From positions 65,162,001 through 65,226,000 of the forward strand of contig OZ024741.1 of assembly GCA_964016885.1 (NCBI GenBank): a stretch of DNA of 64,000 bases, read 5' to 3'. Positions 25,527 through 38,878 of this stretch are shown one piece after another; the stretch's first letter is position 1; each line of letters opens with the position of its first letter. The position numbers were made by a program, and so were the translations under genes. This DNA is from Eledone cirrhosa (lineage: Eukaryota). Under the pieces are notes generated by a model. The model was not told the DNA's origin. It was given only the letters and a program-made list of their open reading frames with translations, and searched no databases.

Positions 25527-27225
25527 CTACCTTTCTGCTTCCCGGGGTTCGGGTCGCACGACTTCCATGGGGTCGGGGGTGTTGGGTGAAGGGGTGTCTT
25601 GTGGTGGTGTGGGGTCGTCAGTGTGTGGTGGGGTTGGGGTGTTTGGAGTTGTGTTGGGGAGGGGAAGGGGAGGGGGAAAGCTTTTTAGTAGGACGCGGTT
25701 AATGGGTTTGACAGAGGGTGGTCCTACGTCCTCCTTAAAATCCTTTTTTAGTTTTTGGTAGAGGTTCATTGGGATCTTTATTAATTTTAAATGTGGGTAG
25801 TTTTCTGAAGAAACAAAGTTTACACCTTCGGTTTGTACCGAAGGGTTATTGTTTATGAGTTCATTTAATTTATTATTGTTTCTGTTGATGTAAGTATAGT
25901 GTAATGTCTTTTTTTCGGATGGTGTGAGTGTTTCGAAGAGGGGAGGGGCAGGTTTTGTTTTGTTTGTTGCTGGAGGGGTGTTTTGTGTTTTGTTGGATTG
26001 TGTTGACATTTGGGTAGGGGTTGTTTGGCCTTGTGTGTTTTGCACATGTTTTCTTTTTGTCCCTTTTAATCTGTCTGAAGGACTCCGTTTCTTCCTCCGA
26101 ATTCGTTGGGTTATCTTCAGTGTTGGAGGGAAGAGGTATGTTTGCTGGTAATGTTTCCGTGTTGGTTTTCTTTGTGGGGGAGATGGATGTCACTATGTTA
26201 GACTGTGTTGTGTGTTGTGGCTGCGGTGGTTGTGTTGTTTTATTGAGTGAGGGGTTGGGTGGGACTGTGTTTTGTTTTTGGGTAATGTGTTGTGACTGTT
26301 TGTGTTGGGGTGGTGGTGTAGTTTTACTGAGGGACGGGTTGGGTGGGACTGAGTTTTGTTGTTTGTTTATCTGTTGTGGTGGTGGTGGAGCTGGTGTTGG
26401 TAGCAGGGTTTTCTTCTTGTTGAGTTGGGGACAAGTCGCCTTCAGGTGCCCTCTGCCTGCACAGATATGATAGGACGGCCTTCTCCCCTCCACGCTAATG
26501 TTTATATACCCGTGGCCCTCTAATAGGATTCTGTCGGGTATTTGGGCAATGCGTTCAGGCTTCATTTGCACTACAAGTTCTATACCTGTTCCACTGAACG
26601 CATTGCCTGTGGTTTTCCCAATGGAAATCACGTTGTCATTCGCTGGATCGATGAAGCCAGCTATGAGCCAGCAATAGTCCACATCTGGCATCATCGCATC
26701 TAACCATATGCGCTGAGTTCTTTTACCCATATAAGATGGATAAAAGGTAAAATTTGTCGAACGAATCGGCGACAAAGCATATTTTTTTGCTGCCGATTCG
26801 TTTTTCATAATAATCGCTAGGCTTCCATACAGTCTGTCTCTTCTTATGAAAGTGGTTTCATTAAGTACTTCTGTAAGTACTGCTTTAATTTCTGTTTGTG
26901 TTGGTTGTTGAGGTTTTTTAGAGATGTTGTTGCTGGTGCGGAAAACGACCGTCCGACTTTCAATGTCTTTGGTGATAAAGTACCATTTTACCGATAAAGT
27001 ACCATTTTCCCCTTGAGTTATGTATTGTTTGGCGTTTTTAATTCTTTGTGCCACATCTGAAATATTTTCAGGTATATATGTCAAAGATTTCTTTGTTGTT
27101 TGTGCAAATGAAATATTATTGGTGTTGACTTTGTCGTCTGCTTTGCTTTCTGTTATGATGTTGTTTTCAAATGTTATTTTTGTGTTTGTTGTGTCTTTGT
27201 TTGTGGTATTAATATTGTCATGCAA
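25527..27225 (-). pseudogene. Tx1 ORF1 (gag-like, zinc knuckle, Pro/Gln/Thr-rich tail), one frameshift
   Basis: The 450-aa ORF carries YHICAGRGHLKATCP (a degenerate CCHC knuckle) and continues in frame 25527-26045 up to just before the ORF2 ATG. Confidence 0.8.
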
Positions 27226-27662
27226 TTTTTCACATTTTTTGTTGTTGTTGGAATCAATGTCCAGATTTGTGTTTTCGCCATTTTTCTCCGCACATTCGTC
27301 TGTTTTTATTTTATTTTTTCTTTCCTTCTCTATGACGTTAGTTGGGAAGGAAGGGGGGGGGGACTAAAGCGTGCGAGCTTATAACTCTTACCGCTGTCCC
27401 CCCACCACTATTTTCGTTAGCTTCGTTTAACATTTCTGTCAGACGATTGAAATTTTATGCCACAAAGTTTTTAAAAACAGGTTTTTCACCCCTGGGAGAG
27501 GCGAAGATGAGCTGACCCACCACCTGACAGTTCAGACGGGGGGTCAAGCTACACAATAGTATCAAAATTAAAATTGAACTTACAAAATTTCCGCAATAAA
27601 TTTGAACAAAACTTCTGCGCGAAGTGAATTACATCTACGCTGTAGAACAGACGACAGGTAGA

Positions 27663-27775
<113 letters not shown>

Positions 27776-28089
27776 AATATATATATATATATATATATAT
27801 ATGATGATGATGATATATATATATATAATGCACTGGGATAATTGCTGGCCTTGTGCCCAAAGTAGAAACAATTATTATTATTATTATTATGATGATGATG
27901 ATGATGATGGTAATGATAATAAAGAAATGTTGAAAGATGAATGAAATATAATCTACAAAGACTCTTCCTTATCTGCCCCACTCCCTTACTTCAAATTATC
28001 TCCAGCAAAATGCTACAAACCATATGTACATTAAAACACTTTACTTCAAATTACAAGGGGACAACTTTTCATTATTTGTGTGTGTGTAA

Positions 28090-28120
<31 letters not shown>

Positions 28121-28169
28121 TGTATGTATGTATGTATGTATGTATGTATGTATGTATGTATGTATGTAT

Positions 28170-28556
28170 GTCAACGCAGACTTCTAGGAGAAGGAAAACT
28201 CTGACATAACACCTGCAACCCTGATGGTATCCAATGATGTTGATTTGTTATTCTTTTTGGTAAATATCATCTTGGTTAAGAGAGTGGGACTGGCTTTGTG
28301 CAGTGCCTTTGCTCACTATAAAAGCTTCACGGCACAGGCATTGCTTTATATCTGGAGATCTCTCTGCACTTGTCGTCACATGGTACCATGGGCCCAGCAC
28401 TATGTGTCAATAATTGTCACAAGTGTAGTGTTTGTACCAGAGTTTTCAAGTCGCTGGCTGGACTAAAAAGTCACACTCGTTCAGCGCATCGGTAGGGGTT
28501 CTCCTACATGGATATAAAGAAATGGCCGTACTCGAAAACGAGTTGGCAGGCACCAT
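28170..28556 (+). mobile_element. 5'-truncated bipartite RTE derivative, subfamily A
   Basis: Matches 15250-15636; (TATG)n on both sides. Confidence 0.85.
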
Positions 28557-28640
28557 GTATGTATGTATGTATGTATGTATGTATGTATGTATGTATGTAT
28601 GTATGTATGTATGTATGTATGTATGTATGTATGTATGTAT

Positions 28641-28880
28641 GTTATCTCTTTCTCTTAATTTCGAGTATATTTTTTTTGACCGGCCACCTTCCTGGTGGCA
28701 AGGTTGTAAAAGAAAAGAAATTGTCATCCTTTGAATCGCAAGAATGTTTTGCAAATTTTGAAGGTGCCAGCTATCGCAGTCATTTGTAGACTATGAATTA
28801 GGGAGCTGCGCTTTTTGTCCGCAAATCCAAGTTCAGTCATACTTTGGTCCAAGCGGGTTGGTATATAATCCGTAGCTCAT
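28641..28880 (-). mobile_element. R4/Dong-like LINE 3' end, family A (second copy)
   Basis: Near identical to 16580-16818; embedded in (TATG)n on both sides. Confidence 0.85.
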
Positions 28881-28966
28881 GTGTATGTATGTATGTATGT
28901 ATGTATGTATGTATGTATGTATGTATGTATGTATGTATGTATGTATGTATGTATGTATTTATGTAT

Positions 28967-29462
28967 GTCGGGTCACTCTTGAGTGCTACTGGTAACATGT
29001 AACCCAGTACAACCTGTCGCATGGTCGGGTCGGGTCGTCGGCGACTAAACCGGCAACCCCACCAAGTTTACTTGGTGAGGAGGGAGATTTTGGACATCCT
29101 GCTGGACAAAAAACAAAACCTGACAAAGGGCGGAAGAACTCGTAAGAATCAACGGCCATCTAAAAGTGTGTAAATATGTATATACACATGTACCGCGCGG
29201 TTAAACCACTGGGAGTGAAGGAGAAGGCAACTCAGGAAACTGGGATAACTGCGGTTCAGTAGTTACCGATGATGTTGATCTTTTCTTCTTTTCGGGTTAT
29301 AGCTACTGTCACTCAGAGAGTGGGATTGGCTCAGTGCACAGTCTTTCCTCACTTTAAAAAATATCTTCACGCACAGGCATTGCACGATAGAATTAATTAA
29401 TAATTATTAATAATGGTATATCGTGCAATGGCCATACTCGATAACGAGGGGGCAGCCATCAT
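28967..29462 (+). mobile_element. bipartite RTE derivative, subfamily B
   Basis: Same 5' UTR and 3' ctcgataacgag...cagccat tail as subfamily A, but the zinc-finger part is replaced by an AT-rich hairpin. Confidence 0.8.
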
Positions 29463-29625
29463 GTATGTATGAATGAATGTATGTATGCATGCATGTTTGT
29501 ATTTGTACGTAAATATCTCTCACTCTATATATATATATATATAGTGCAAATTTATACGGGAACAAAGCAGAGAGGCAGACTATAAATATGGAAGAATGGA
29601 CGTAAAATGGTGATGATGATTATGA

Positions 29626-29664
<39 letters not shown>

Positions 29665-30503
29665 ACGTCAAAACGGCCGGTCTCAAAAGTGAAACTAATT
29701 TTTGACAGTTACGTACATCATTATTTTCAATTTGGATTGTGAATACGTGATATTTTTTTACACACATCCACAAACTTATAGATGTATATACACATGTACA
29801 ACATATATATGTGTGTATATGTACACATATACACACATATATATATACAAACACATATATATATATACAAACACACATATATATATATACAAACACACAC
29901 ATATATATATATATATACATACACACACACATATATATACACACATATACACACCCACACATATATATGTATTAAGAAATCTATTCAGATGAGTGAGTGT
30001 ACTTTTCAGACCGGCCGTTTTGACATGCCTATATATATATATAGTAATAATAATAAATTTGAAGACTAAAATCCAAAGAGGGCTCGATAAGGATAAATAT
30101 ATATCAAATATATAAGAACCGTTGTTATTTTAATAAATATATATATACATTGATATATATATATACATTGATATTAAATAAATGTAAACTATATTTATAA
30201 AACCATATTTATTCTATTATATATATTTCAAGGGTATCAAAATTGGTACGCTATACACATGTGTTCACTGTTTATACATCCTTTATAACTTAAGTTACCA
30301 TGTCATATCCAATTCTTGAAAAAATAACTTCTCTTTAATCTTACGACCTTCCATTTCATTTCCGAAAATCTAAAATTCCAATACACACACATACTCACTC
30401 TCTCTCTCTCTCTCTCTCACATACACACACACAGATTTGTACCCACCCACTACCACACACACGTCTGCATGCAAACGTACATAGTCACCCCCACCCCTCC
30501 CTG

Positions 30504-30553
<50 letters not shown>

Positions 30554-31924
30554 CTGCATACAAATACACATATATACCCACCCACTACCACACACATATG
30601 TCTGCATGCAAATACACACACACACACACACACGTCTGCATACAAACACACATATGCACCCATCTACACACACACACACATGTAAACACAAGCACGTCAC
30701 AATTACATGTCCACATATAAATACATACCCAAATCTCCCTTCCTCAAATGACTGACCCAAAACAGTCTTACCACCATCCTTTTAAATCCTGCTTAACTCT
30801 TCCTCTACCCATGTCCCAACCACACATAACATCATTGAAGCAGCTTGTACAAGTAGTTGTCCCTTCCCAGGTTTATCCTGTCTTAAGTAAAAGAAAAAAT
30901 ATTTGTTTTTCACAGTCTGAATGAGTTAACAGAGATAAACTGTCAGTTTTTCTTTTATAACCACCACCACCTCTATATATTTTTCTCATTCCCATTCTGT
31001 CACTATCTACCCTTCTCTGGAAGAAATCTGCTGTCTTCAGACCTGGAGAGGAGATGGGCTCCACCAGGTTTTAAAATGCCGTAGAAATGCTGTAGGTCAA
31101 TATGATGCCCCTACAACTCCATCAGAAATTACGGGGCCATGCATGTATAATAAAGTTCCATACACTTAACATGTCTGCCCGACCTTATAGTGGAGGCGCC
31201 TCTTCAAAAATGGGTTTTCATCAGGCGCTCAGACAAAAATATTGGGTCATCAAGGATGAAATTTGTAAAAATTTGTTTTTTTCTACAAATTTCTACAAAT
31301 TTTATACTTGATGACCCAATATATACATTTCCATACATCCACACACCACACACACATATATATATATATATTTGTGTGTGACATGCTCATGGGAGAGAGA
31401 GTGAAGTCATCTGCTGAATACACTACATTTACTTCTCCATCTAACTTGATATGTTTTATTCTGCAATGGCTATGTGGTGACACATATATATATAGATACA
31501 TTCATACAACACTCTTTCCCTCTTCATCTATCTATCTAATAAAGAAATCTATCTACTTATCTATTTATGTATGTATGTATGTATCTAATCTATCTATCTA
31601 ACTATGTATGTCTTGCCACCTTTCTTTCTCACTCTCACTCTTTCTATCTATATCTATCTATCACTTTCTCATCTTCTTACTGTCTCTGCTACTCTCTTCC
31701 TTTTTGTATCTATCTATCACTCCCCCCATTCTCTCCCCCCTCTCTGCCTGCCTCTATGTCAATCTCTCTCTGCCACACTTTTCCCCTCTGTATCTATCTA
31801 TCTGTCTAGCTATCTCTAACTCTCTTTCTTCTACTTTCTACTCGCTCACTCAGTTTGTGTGCATGTGTGTGTTAATGTGATTGTGTGTGTATGTGTGTTT
31901 GACAATGTTTGTGTGTGTGTGTGT

Positions 31925-32086
31925 GCCTATCTATGAACTTGTCTGTGTGTGTGTGCCTATCTATGAACTTGTCTGTGTGTGTGTGCCTATCTATGAACTT
32001 CTGTCTGTGTGTGTGTGTGTGTGTGTGTGCCTATCTATGAACTTGTCTGTGTGTGTGCCTATCTATGAACTTGTCTGTGTGTCTGT

Positions 32087-32124
<38 letters not shown>

Positions 32125-32180
32125 CTATCTATGAACTTGTCTGTGTGTGTGTGTGTATCTATGAACTTGCCTGTGTGTGT
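31925..32180. repeat. minisatellite (gtgcctatctatgaacttgtctgtgtgt)n
   Basis: About 7 visible tandem units. Confidence 0.9.
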
Positions 32181-32209
32181 CTTACAAAAGAAAACTTATA
32201 GTTAACCTA

Positions 32210-32370
32210 ATTGTTTCTACTTTTTAGGCACAAGGCCAGCAATTAACCAGTGCATTACTGGTACTTTATTTTATCGACCCCGTAAGGATGAAAGGCAAAG
32301 TTAACCTCGGCGGGATTTGAACTCAGATCGTAAAGGGACGTAACTAAGCTGGAAAGCATGGCGTCCACTC
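32210..32370 (-). mobile_element. tRNA-derived SINE (Meta-like)
   Basis: Reverse complement of 5322-5490. Confidence 0.85.
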
Positions 32371-32529
32371 AGCAACAAGTGTTGACATAAACAATTATTG
32401 TGTGGGAGCTAAACATGGTAAAGGCATTACATATATACATACACACATATATACATACATACATATACATACATACATATGTGTGTCAACAGTTGACATG
32501 ATCTTGTATCAGTAATAGCGGTAATATAT

Positions 32530-32790
32530 GTGTGTGTGTGTGTGTAAGTGAGTGGCGTGTGTGTGTTTGTATGCATGAGTGTTGGTATGTGTGTGAGTGT
32601 GTGTGTGTGTGAGTGAGTGGCGTGTGTGTGTTTGTATGCATGAGTGTTGGTGTGTGTGTGTAAGTGAGTGGAGTGTGTGTTTGTATGCATGAGTGTTGGT
32701 GTGTGTTTGTGTGTGCGTGTAAGTGAGTGGCGTGTGTGTGTTTGTATGCATGAGTGTTGGCGCGTGTGTGTGTGTCGTACGTATGAGTGT
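32530..32790. repeat. minisatellite (gtaagtgagtggcgtgtgtgtgtttgtatgcatgagtgttgg)n
   Basis: About 4 tandem units. Confidence 0.85.
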
Positions 32791-32959
32791 CAATAAGTGA
32801 TTATTGCATAGTGCAGTCTTTCCTCACTTTAAAAATATTGTTCACGCACAGGCATTGCACGATTGCATTAATTAATAATTATTAATAGTGTTATTATTCT
32901 TATGACCATGCGGTAGAGAGGGCCCATGAGTTCAGTAAGACATTCTCTCTAGTTCTGGT

Positions 32960-35900
32960 GGCACAAATAAAAGCACCCAGTCCATGCTGTAACTGGTGTT
33001 AGGAAGGGCATCCAACCAGTGTATTAATGCCAAAATAATTGAGTACAGCAATAAATATATATTGCAACAACTGCGTCAACAGCAACAACACTAACCATGT
33101 TAGGGCTGCGCACAGTAGTGGGGTGGCTGGTGTGGCCATGTGCGAGAACCCCCCGACCGTCTTCAAGCAATCGCACTACAGGAAAAGGAACAAAAATATG
33201 AAGGCGTCGCATCTCAGAGTTGCCACACTTAATGTTGGCACTCTCACAGGTAGATCTGGTGAAATAGCGGAGATGCTGGAGAGAAGGCATGTGGATGTGT
33301 GTGCTGCGTGCAAGAGGTGAGATGAAGAGGTGCCTCTGCGAGACTAATCACAAGCAAACATTTTAGTTATAAACTTTTCTGGGTAGGTAAGGATGATGGG
33401 TTAGGGGGAGTAGGCATTTTCCTGGTTGAGAGATGGATCGATAAGACAATAGAGGTAGTTTGAGTTAGTAATAGAATAATTAAGTTTAGATTAGTTGTAG
33501 GCAAGAGACTACTGACAATCATCTCTGCCTATGCTCCCCAAGCAGGCCTAGGTAAAGAAGATAAAGACTGCTTTTACGAGCAACTTTTACAAACAGCCGC
33601 AATGACAGAGGATGGAGACATCGTTATGCTAGCAGGGGACTTCAATGGTCATGTTGGACAGCTCCAGGATGGCTTCACTGGGGTACATGGTGGGCATGGT
33701 TATGGCTCAAGAAATGAAGAAGGAGTGAGACTTCTTGAATTTTGTGATGCAAGTACACTAACCATTTGCAACATTAACTTGCAGAAACCTGCCAACCACC
33801 TAATAACCTATAAATCAGGCGAGCACATAAGCCAGATTGACTTCGTGCTAATTAGGCAGCGGGACAGGCAGATGGTGTCAAATACCAAGGCATACGCTGG
33901 GGAAGAATGTACCCCACAGCATAGATTAGTCGTTAGTGATATCTCAGTAAGCAAGAGATGGAATGAGACATACAAGAAGGTGTGGAGAAGAAAGGTCTGG
34001 AAGCTAAAAGACCTTTCACTAAAATACAAATTTAGGAACGCCCTTCAAGATGTGTATGACGAAAAAGAAGACGATTTAGAGTCGTATGACATAGATGATA
34101 ACTGGAATTTCTTACGTGACAACTTACTGCAGGCTACTAATGAAACTTGTGGCTGGAGCAGAGCTCCAACCAGACAGAGAGTGACTTGGTGGTGGAACAG
34201 CACAGTAGATAGGGCCATTAGAGACAAAAGATTAGCATGGAAGGCTTGGAAAAAGGGTGAGATATAAAGGGAAGGATATACAGCCACTAAGAGAGAAGCT
34301 AGACGTCAGGTGTATTTAGCACACAGGGAGACTGAGAGTAGGAGGTTTGCCAATGTTCTGCGACGGGAAGATCAGAGACATGCGGTGTTCCACATTGCAA
34401 GGCAGTGTGCCAATGCAAATCAGGATGTTGTTGGAGATAAATGTGTCCGGAATGATGCTGGTGTACTTAGTGTCACGAATGATCAGAAAAAGGAGGCCTG
34501 GAAATGTTATTATGAGAGACTGATGAATGTGGAGAACGAATGGGAGAGAGAGAAATTACACTCAGTAGATCCGACAGAGGGACCAGCTATTGAGATTGAC
34601 GAATATAGGGTCCAAGAGGCGATTAAGGAAATGAAAAATGGTAAGGCTGCTGGACCGTCGGGGATAGTTGCTGAAAGGCTGAAGGCATCAGGGGACATAG
34701 GCACTAAACTGGTTGCACGCATCATCAATCAGGCTATATATGGTGGTGTCATACCCAAAGACTGGTGCAGCAGTATTCTCATAAATTGCTACAAAGGTAA
34801 AGGGGATGCTCTGGAGAGGAGCAATTATAGGGTTATAAAACTGATGGATCAGGTTATGAAAGTGGCAGAAAGGATATTAGCACAACTAATTAGAGAAAGG
34901 GTCAAACTAGATGAGATGCAGTTTGGTTTTATGCCTGTGAAAAGTACAACAATTGGTGAGACAATTACAAGAGAGGTTCTTAGAGAAGAATAAGCCACTA
35001 TATTTAGCTTTTGTTGACCTAGAGAAGGCCTTTGATAGGGAACCCCGATCTGTCATCTGGTGGTCCCTAAGGAAACTAGGTGTTGAGGAATAGCTCTTGT
35101 TCATTATAGTCCTCCAAGCCATAACAGAGGAGTTTAAGACTGGCTGTCCATGGGAACTTCTCTATGCTGACGATCTGGTTCTTATAGCAGAATCAGTAGA
35201 GGAGCTAGAGAATAAATTCTGGCTATGGAAATAGCAGTTGGAAGCAAGAGGACTGAGAGTGAACCTAGCTAAGACAAAAGTGTTAACAAAAGAGTAGAAA
35301 AGAGGACAAAACTCTGATTCCATCAGGGAAATGGCCATGTTCAATATGCAGAAAAGGAACTGGCATAAATTCTATAAAATGCACACAATGCAGATCTTGG
35401 GTACACAAGAGATGTAGTGGGATAGCAGGCAAACTAACAGGTAGGGAGAAATACGTATGCAGTAGATGTACAGGGAAATTAGACAGTAGAAATCACATTG
35501 ATAGACACATTTTTCAAATGCAGGTGGGAGCTATAGAAGTGGTTGATAGCTTCTGGTACCTAGGAGATTAGCATGGGAGGGGAGTGTTCCGAGGCCATAG
35601 TATCTAGAATAAGGATGGGTTGGAAGAAGTTTAGGGAGCTGCTTCCTCTGCTGATGAAGAAGGGTTTCTCCCTGCGTATGAAAGGCCGGTTATATGATGC
35701 CTGTGTGAGGAGTGCAATGCTGCATGGTAGTGAGACATGGGCAGCAACTGCAGAGGATATGCGATGGCTGGAGAGAAATGAGGCAAGCATGCTCCGTTGG
35801 ATGTGCAATCTCAATGTGCGTGAATGACCCAGCATGAATGTGTTGAGAGAGAAACTGTGTCTGAGAGGGATAGATTGTAGTGTCCGAGAGAGGAGACTGT

Positions 35901-36165
35901 GATGGTATGGACATGTGATGCACATGGAGGATGACCGATGGGTGAAGAAGTGCCAGGAAATGCCAGTCGAAGGAAGACGTGGTAGAGGTAGACCACAAAA
36001 AACATGGGCGGAGGTGGAGAGAGCAGACCTCAGATCGCTGAAGCTCACAGAGGAGATGACGAAGGACCGTGACAAGTGGAGAGATGCTGTGCTGAATAGG
36101 ACCCGTCCCACCCTTGCAAGCAGGGAAAAGCAGACGTAAAATGATGATGATGATGGTGATGATCA
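32960..36165 (+). mobile_element. near full-length RTE LINE, decayed, with an internal RT deletion
   Basis: VATLNVGTL (APE N-terminus), ISAYAPQ, AGDFNGHVG, SQIDFVL, QHRLVV, GKAAGPSGI, YKGKGDAL, AFVDLEKAFD, LLYADD, MLHGSETW; (GAT)n tail. Many stops. RT motifs between ~35090 and 35100 are missing. Confidence 0.92.
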
Positions 36166-36174
36166 TGATATATT

Positions 36175-36398
36175 TATATCAAAAGTGTATATTGAGTTAG
36201 AAACTTAAAATAGTCTCTTACAATTAAATAGCTCAAGGAAAAAAAATTTTTTTCGGGCCGTGTAATATAATTGAATATAAAAGAGATAAACACACATATA
36301 TACATATGTGTGTTCAAATCGTAAGGGACTAGATTCAACACACATATGTATATATCTGTGTTTATCTCTCTTTTATATTCAATTATATATATATATAA
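36175..36398. mobile_element. Penelope-style fold-back element (same family as 51930-52170)
   Basis: Shared atcaaaag..tattgagttagaaact start, and an inverted arm around gttcaaatcgtaa. Confidence 0.65.
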
Positions 36399-36399
36399 T

Positions 36400-36570
36400 T
36401 AGACCACGAAAAACATGGGCGGAGGTGGTGAGAACAGACCTCAGATCGCTGAAGCTCACAGAGGAGATGACGACCGTGACAAGTAGAGAGATGCTGTGCT
36501 GAATAAGACCTGTCCCACCCTTGCAAGCAGGGAAAAGCTGACGTAAAATGATGATGATGATGATGATGAT
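36400..36570 (+). mobile_element. RTE 3' end duplicate
   Basis: Similar to 35990-36160, with a (GAT)n tail. Confidence 0.85.
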
Positions 36571-36589
36571 GATATATGTATGTATGTAT

Positions 36590-37250
36590 ATCATCATCAT
36601 CACTGTTTAACGGCCATCTTTCTATGCTAGCATGGGTCAGACGAGTTGTCCTGTTCTGAGACAAATCAGATTGGTTGACTGTGTCTTGCTCATACAGAAC
36701 TGTTTCTAGCTTGGTTCCTACAGCTGGATGCCCTTCCTAATGCCAACCAAATTTACAGTGTCGACTGGGTGGTTTTTATCGTGGCACCGGGATGACCACT
36801 TTTCAATGTGGACTGGGAGCTGGGATGGGAGAGGTGCATGGAGATTGGAAGGTAGATCTAGGATGGGGTGGAAGGATATGGGTGGAGGGTAAAGTGTTAG
36901 GATGGGTGAGGTGTAGGAAAGTGGGGAGAAGTGGTACATATTAGATGTATGCTTCAACCCGGGCATATGGGGAGGTGGGTATTTTATACATACATACATA
37001 TATATATCATGTCTTACTCATACAGAACTGTTTCTGCGTTGCTTTCTAAGGCTTGATACCATTCCTAATGCCAACCACATTTACAGTGTGTACAGGGTGC
37101 TTTTTATCGTGGTATCAAAATGATCCCTTTACAGTGAGGACACAACACTCTTTGTTGTGTCACCAATATGACCACTTCCAGCGTGGGCGGGCTGCTTTTT
37201 GTCATGTCACCAACACAACCACTTTACAGTGAGGACTGGGCACTTTTTGT
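36590..37250 (-). mobile_element. RTE-tailed SINE fragments
   Basis: (CAT)n, gctagcatggg, ctggatgcccttcctaa and tttacagtg subrepeats. Confidence 0.7.
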
Positions 37251-37414
37251 ATACAGATTATAAGAAAAATAAAACTTCCAATTTCTAGGAATAAATTCTC
37301 TCCCCCCTCTCTTCCTCTCTCTCTCTTGCTATTGTCATTTTTGCCAAATACTGCCATTGATATTTTTGAAACTTAGAAGTGAGACAGAGGCAGTACATGA
37401 AGAGGATATATAAC

Positions 37415-37590
37415 GACTGGAGAGAAATGAAGCAACTATGCTTCAATTGCTGTGTGATGTTAATATGTGATAGAAACTGAATATAAGAGGAATCAACTGT
37501 AGTGTGCAAGAGCGAAGACTGCTTTGATATGAACCATGTCATGCCCATGGAGGATGACCATAAGGTGAAGAAATATCAGAAGCTCCAAAG
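37415..37590 (+). mobile_element. old RTE coding fragment
   Basis: gactggagagaaatgaagcaac...gtgtgcaagagcgaagact homology to 35740-35960. Confidence 0.7.
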
Positions 37591-37811
37591 TAAACAAAAA
37601 AAAAAGAAAGAATAAATTCTACATACACTGAACAAGATAGGATCGAGGGGGATGGGTGGAATGTGTTTGATCATGGATAGATCGTCTTCTTGATTGGAAT
37701 TGAAATAGCTGGGGCTGGTTGTGGGGTTGGTGAGGGAAGTAGCTAAAGTACAACTACAACAACTACCAACAGAAAATGTCACATTTTTATTTATCTATCT
37801 ATTTATCTATC

Positions 37812-38693
37812 TTCCACTTCGACATTCTATAGAGGGTTAGTACTTTACAAGTGCGACGACGTGCTCGGGGAGACTCTAGGCGTCGAAGACGATGTGCTGA
37901 CCAGTCTGTTCGGTAGGACTTTCCGCCCGGGACCTATGGACAACTTACAGAGGTCTCTGGCTTGGCAGTGCTACCGAGGAACTCTACCCATTCAAGATAA
38001 GATCTACAGGCACGGACGCCCCGGCAGGGATCCTTCCAAGAGGACGTGTCCAAGATGCGAGCAGGACATTGGAACCGTCTTGCACGCAATTGTACACTGC
38101 CCGGGCGTAAGCGCCTGTGGAACTATGCAGAACAACTGCTGTCGCGTATGGGACAAATCCAGTTGACTGCCGAGTCCATAGTAAGGATCAAACCGTCAGC
38201 CTCTTTCAAAAACGAAAGAGAGGCGGTTTTCCTCTGTACAGTGGCTATGGTGAAAGAGGTTATATGGTTTGAGAGGACTGAGGACAGATGCCTTTCTCTC
38301 CGGACAACAATTGATTCCCTTCTTTAAGTATCACTTTAGAAGAAGAATCAGAGTGGAGAGAGAGGTACTGCACCCCAGTAAATTTACTGAAAGGTGGGTG
38401 AATGAAGCAAAAATGGCTCGAGTGATTGGGCCGTCTCTGTTTATAAGCCTGTAGGTTAAAGAAGAGAGCATAAGGAAGAAAGGAGCACTTGCACAACACG
38501 CTCCTGAAGTTGAGGGTTGTTCTATCGATGGGGTATTATACACCCCATTTGTGACGTCTCCCCCCTATTGGGGATTTCGATTGTTATAATTGTTTGTTTT
38601 ATTTTTTTTTATACACGACTGTATGTAAAATCCCCCACATGTGTGTTTGTATTGTCCCCTTTTCTTGTGCGCCCTTGTGGCAAATAAAGAAAT
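37812..38693 (+). mobile_element. 5'-truncated Tx1-like LINE 3' end (related family)
   Basis: LGETLGVEDDVLTSLFGRTFRPGPMDNLQRSLAWQCYRG...CPRCEQDIGTVLHAIVHC is homologous to the ORF2 C-terminus at 22056-22700. The 3' UTR ends with aataaa. Confidence 0.9.
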
Positions 38694-38740
38694 ATATCTA
38701 TATATATATTTAAATATATATAAATATATATGTATGTATA

Positions 38741-38804
<64 letters not shown>

Positions 38805-38847
38805 GTATATATATATGTTTAAATATATATATATATAAATACATATG

Positions 38848-38878
<31 letters not shown>

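Noticed and set aside
21963-26470. Plus-strand ORFs overlapping the Tx1 element
   Set aside because: Antisense shadows of GC-rich or low-complexity LINE coding sequence.
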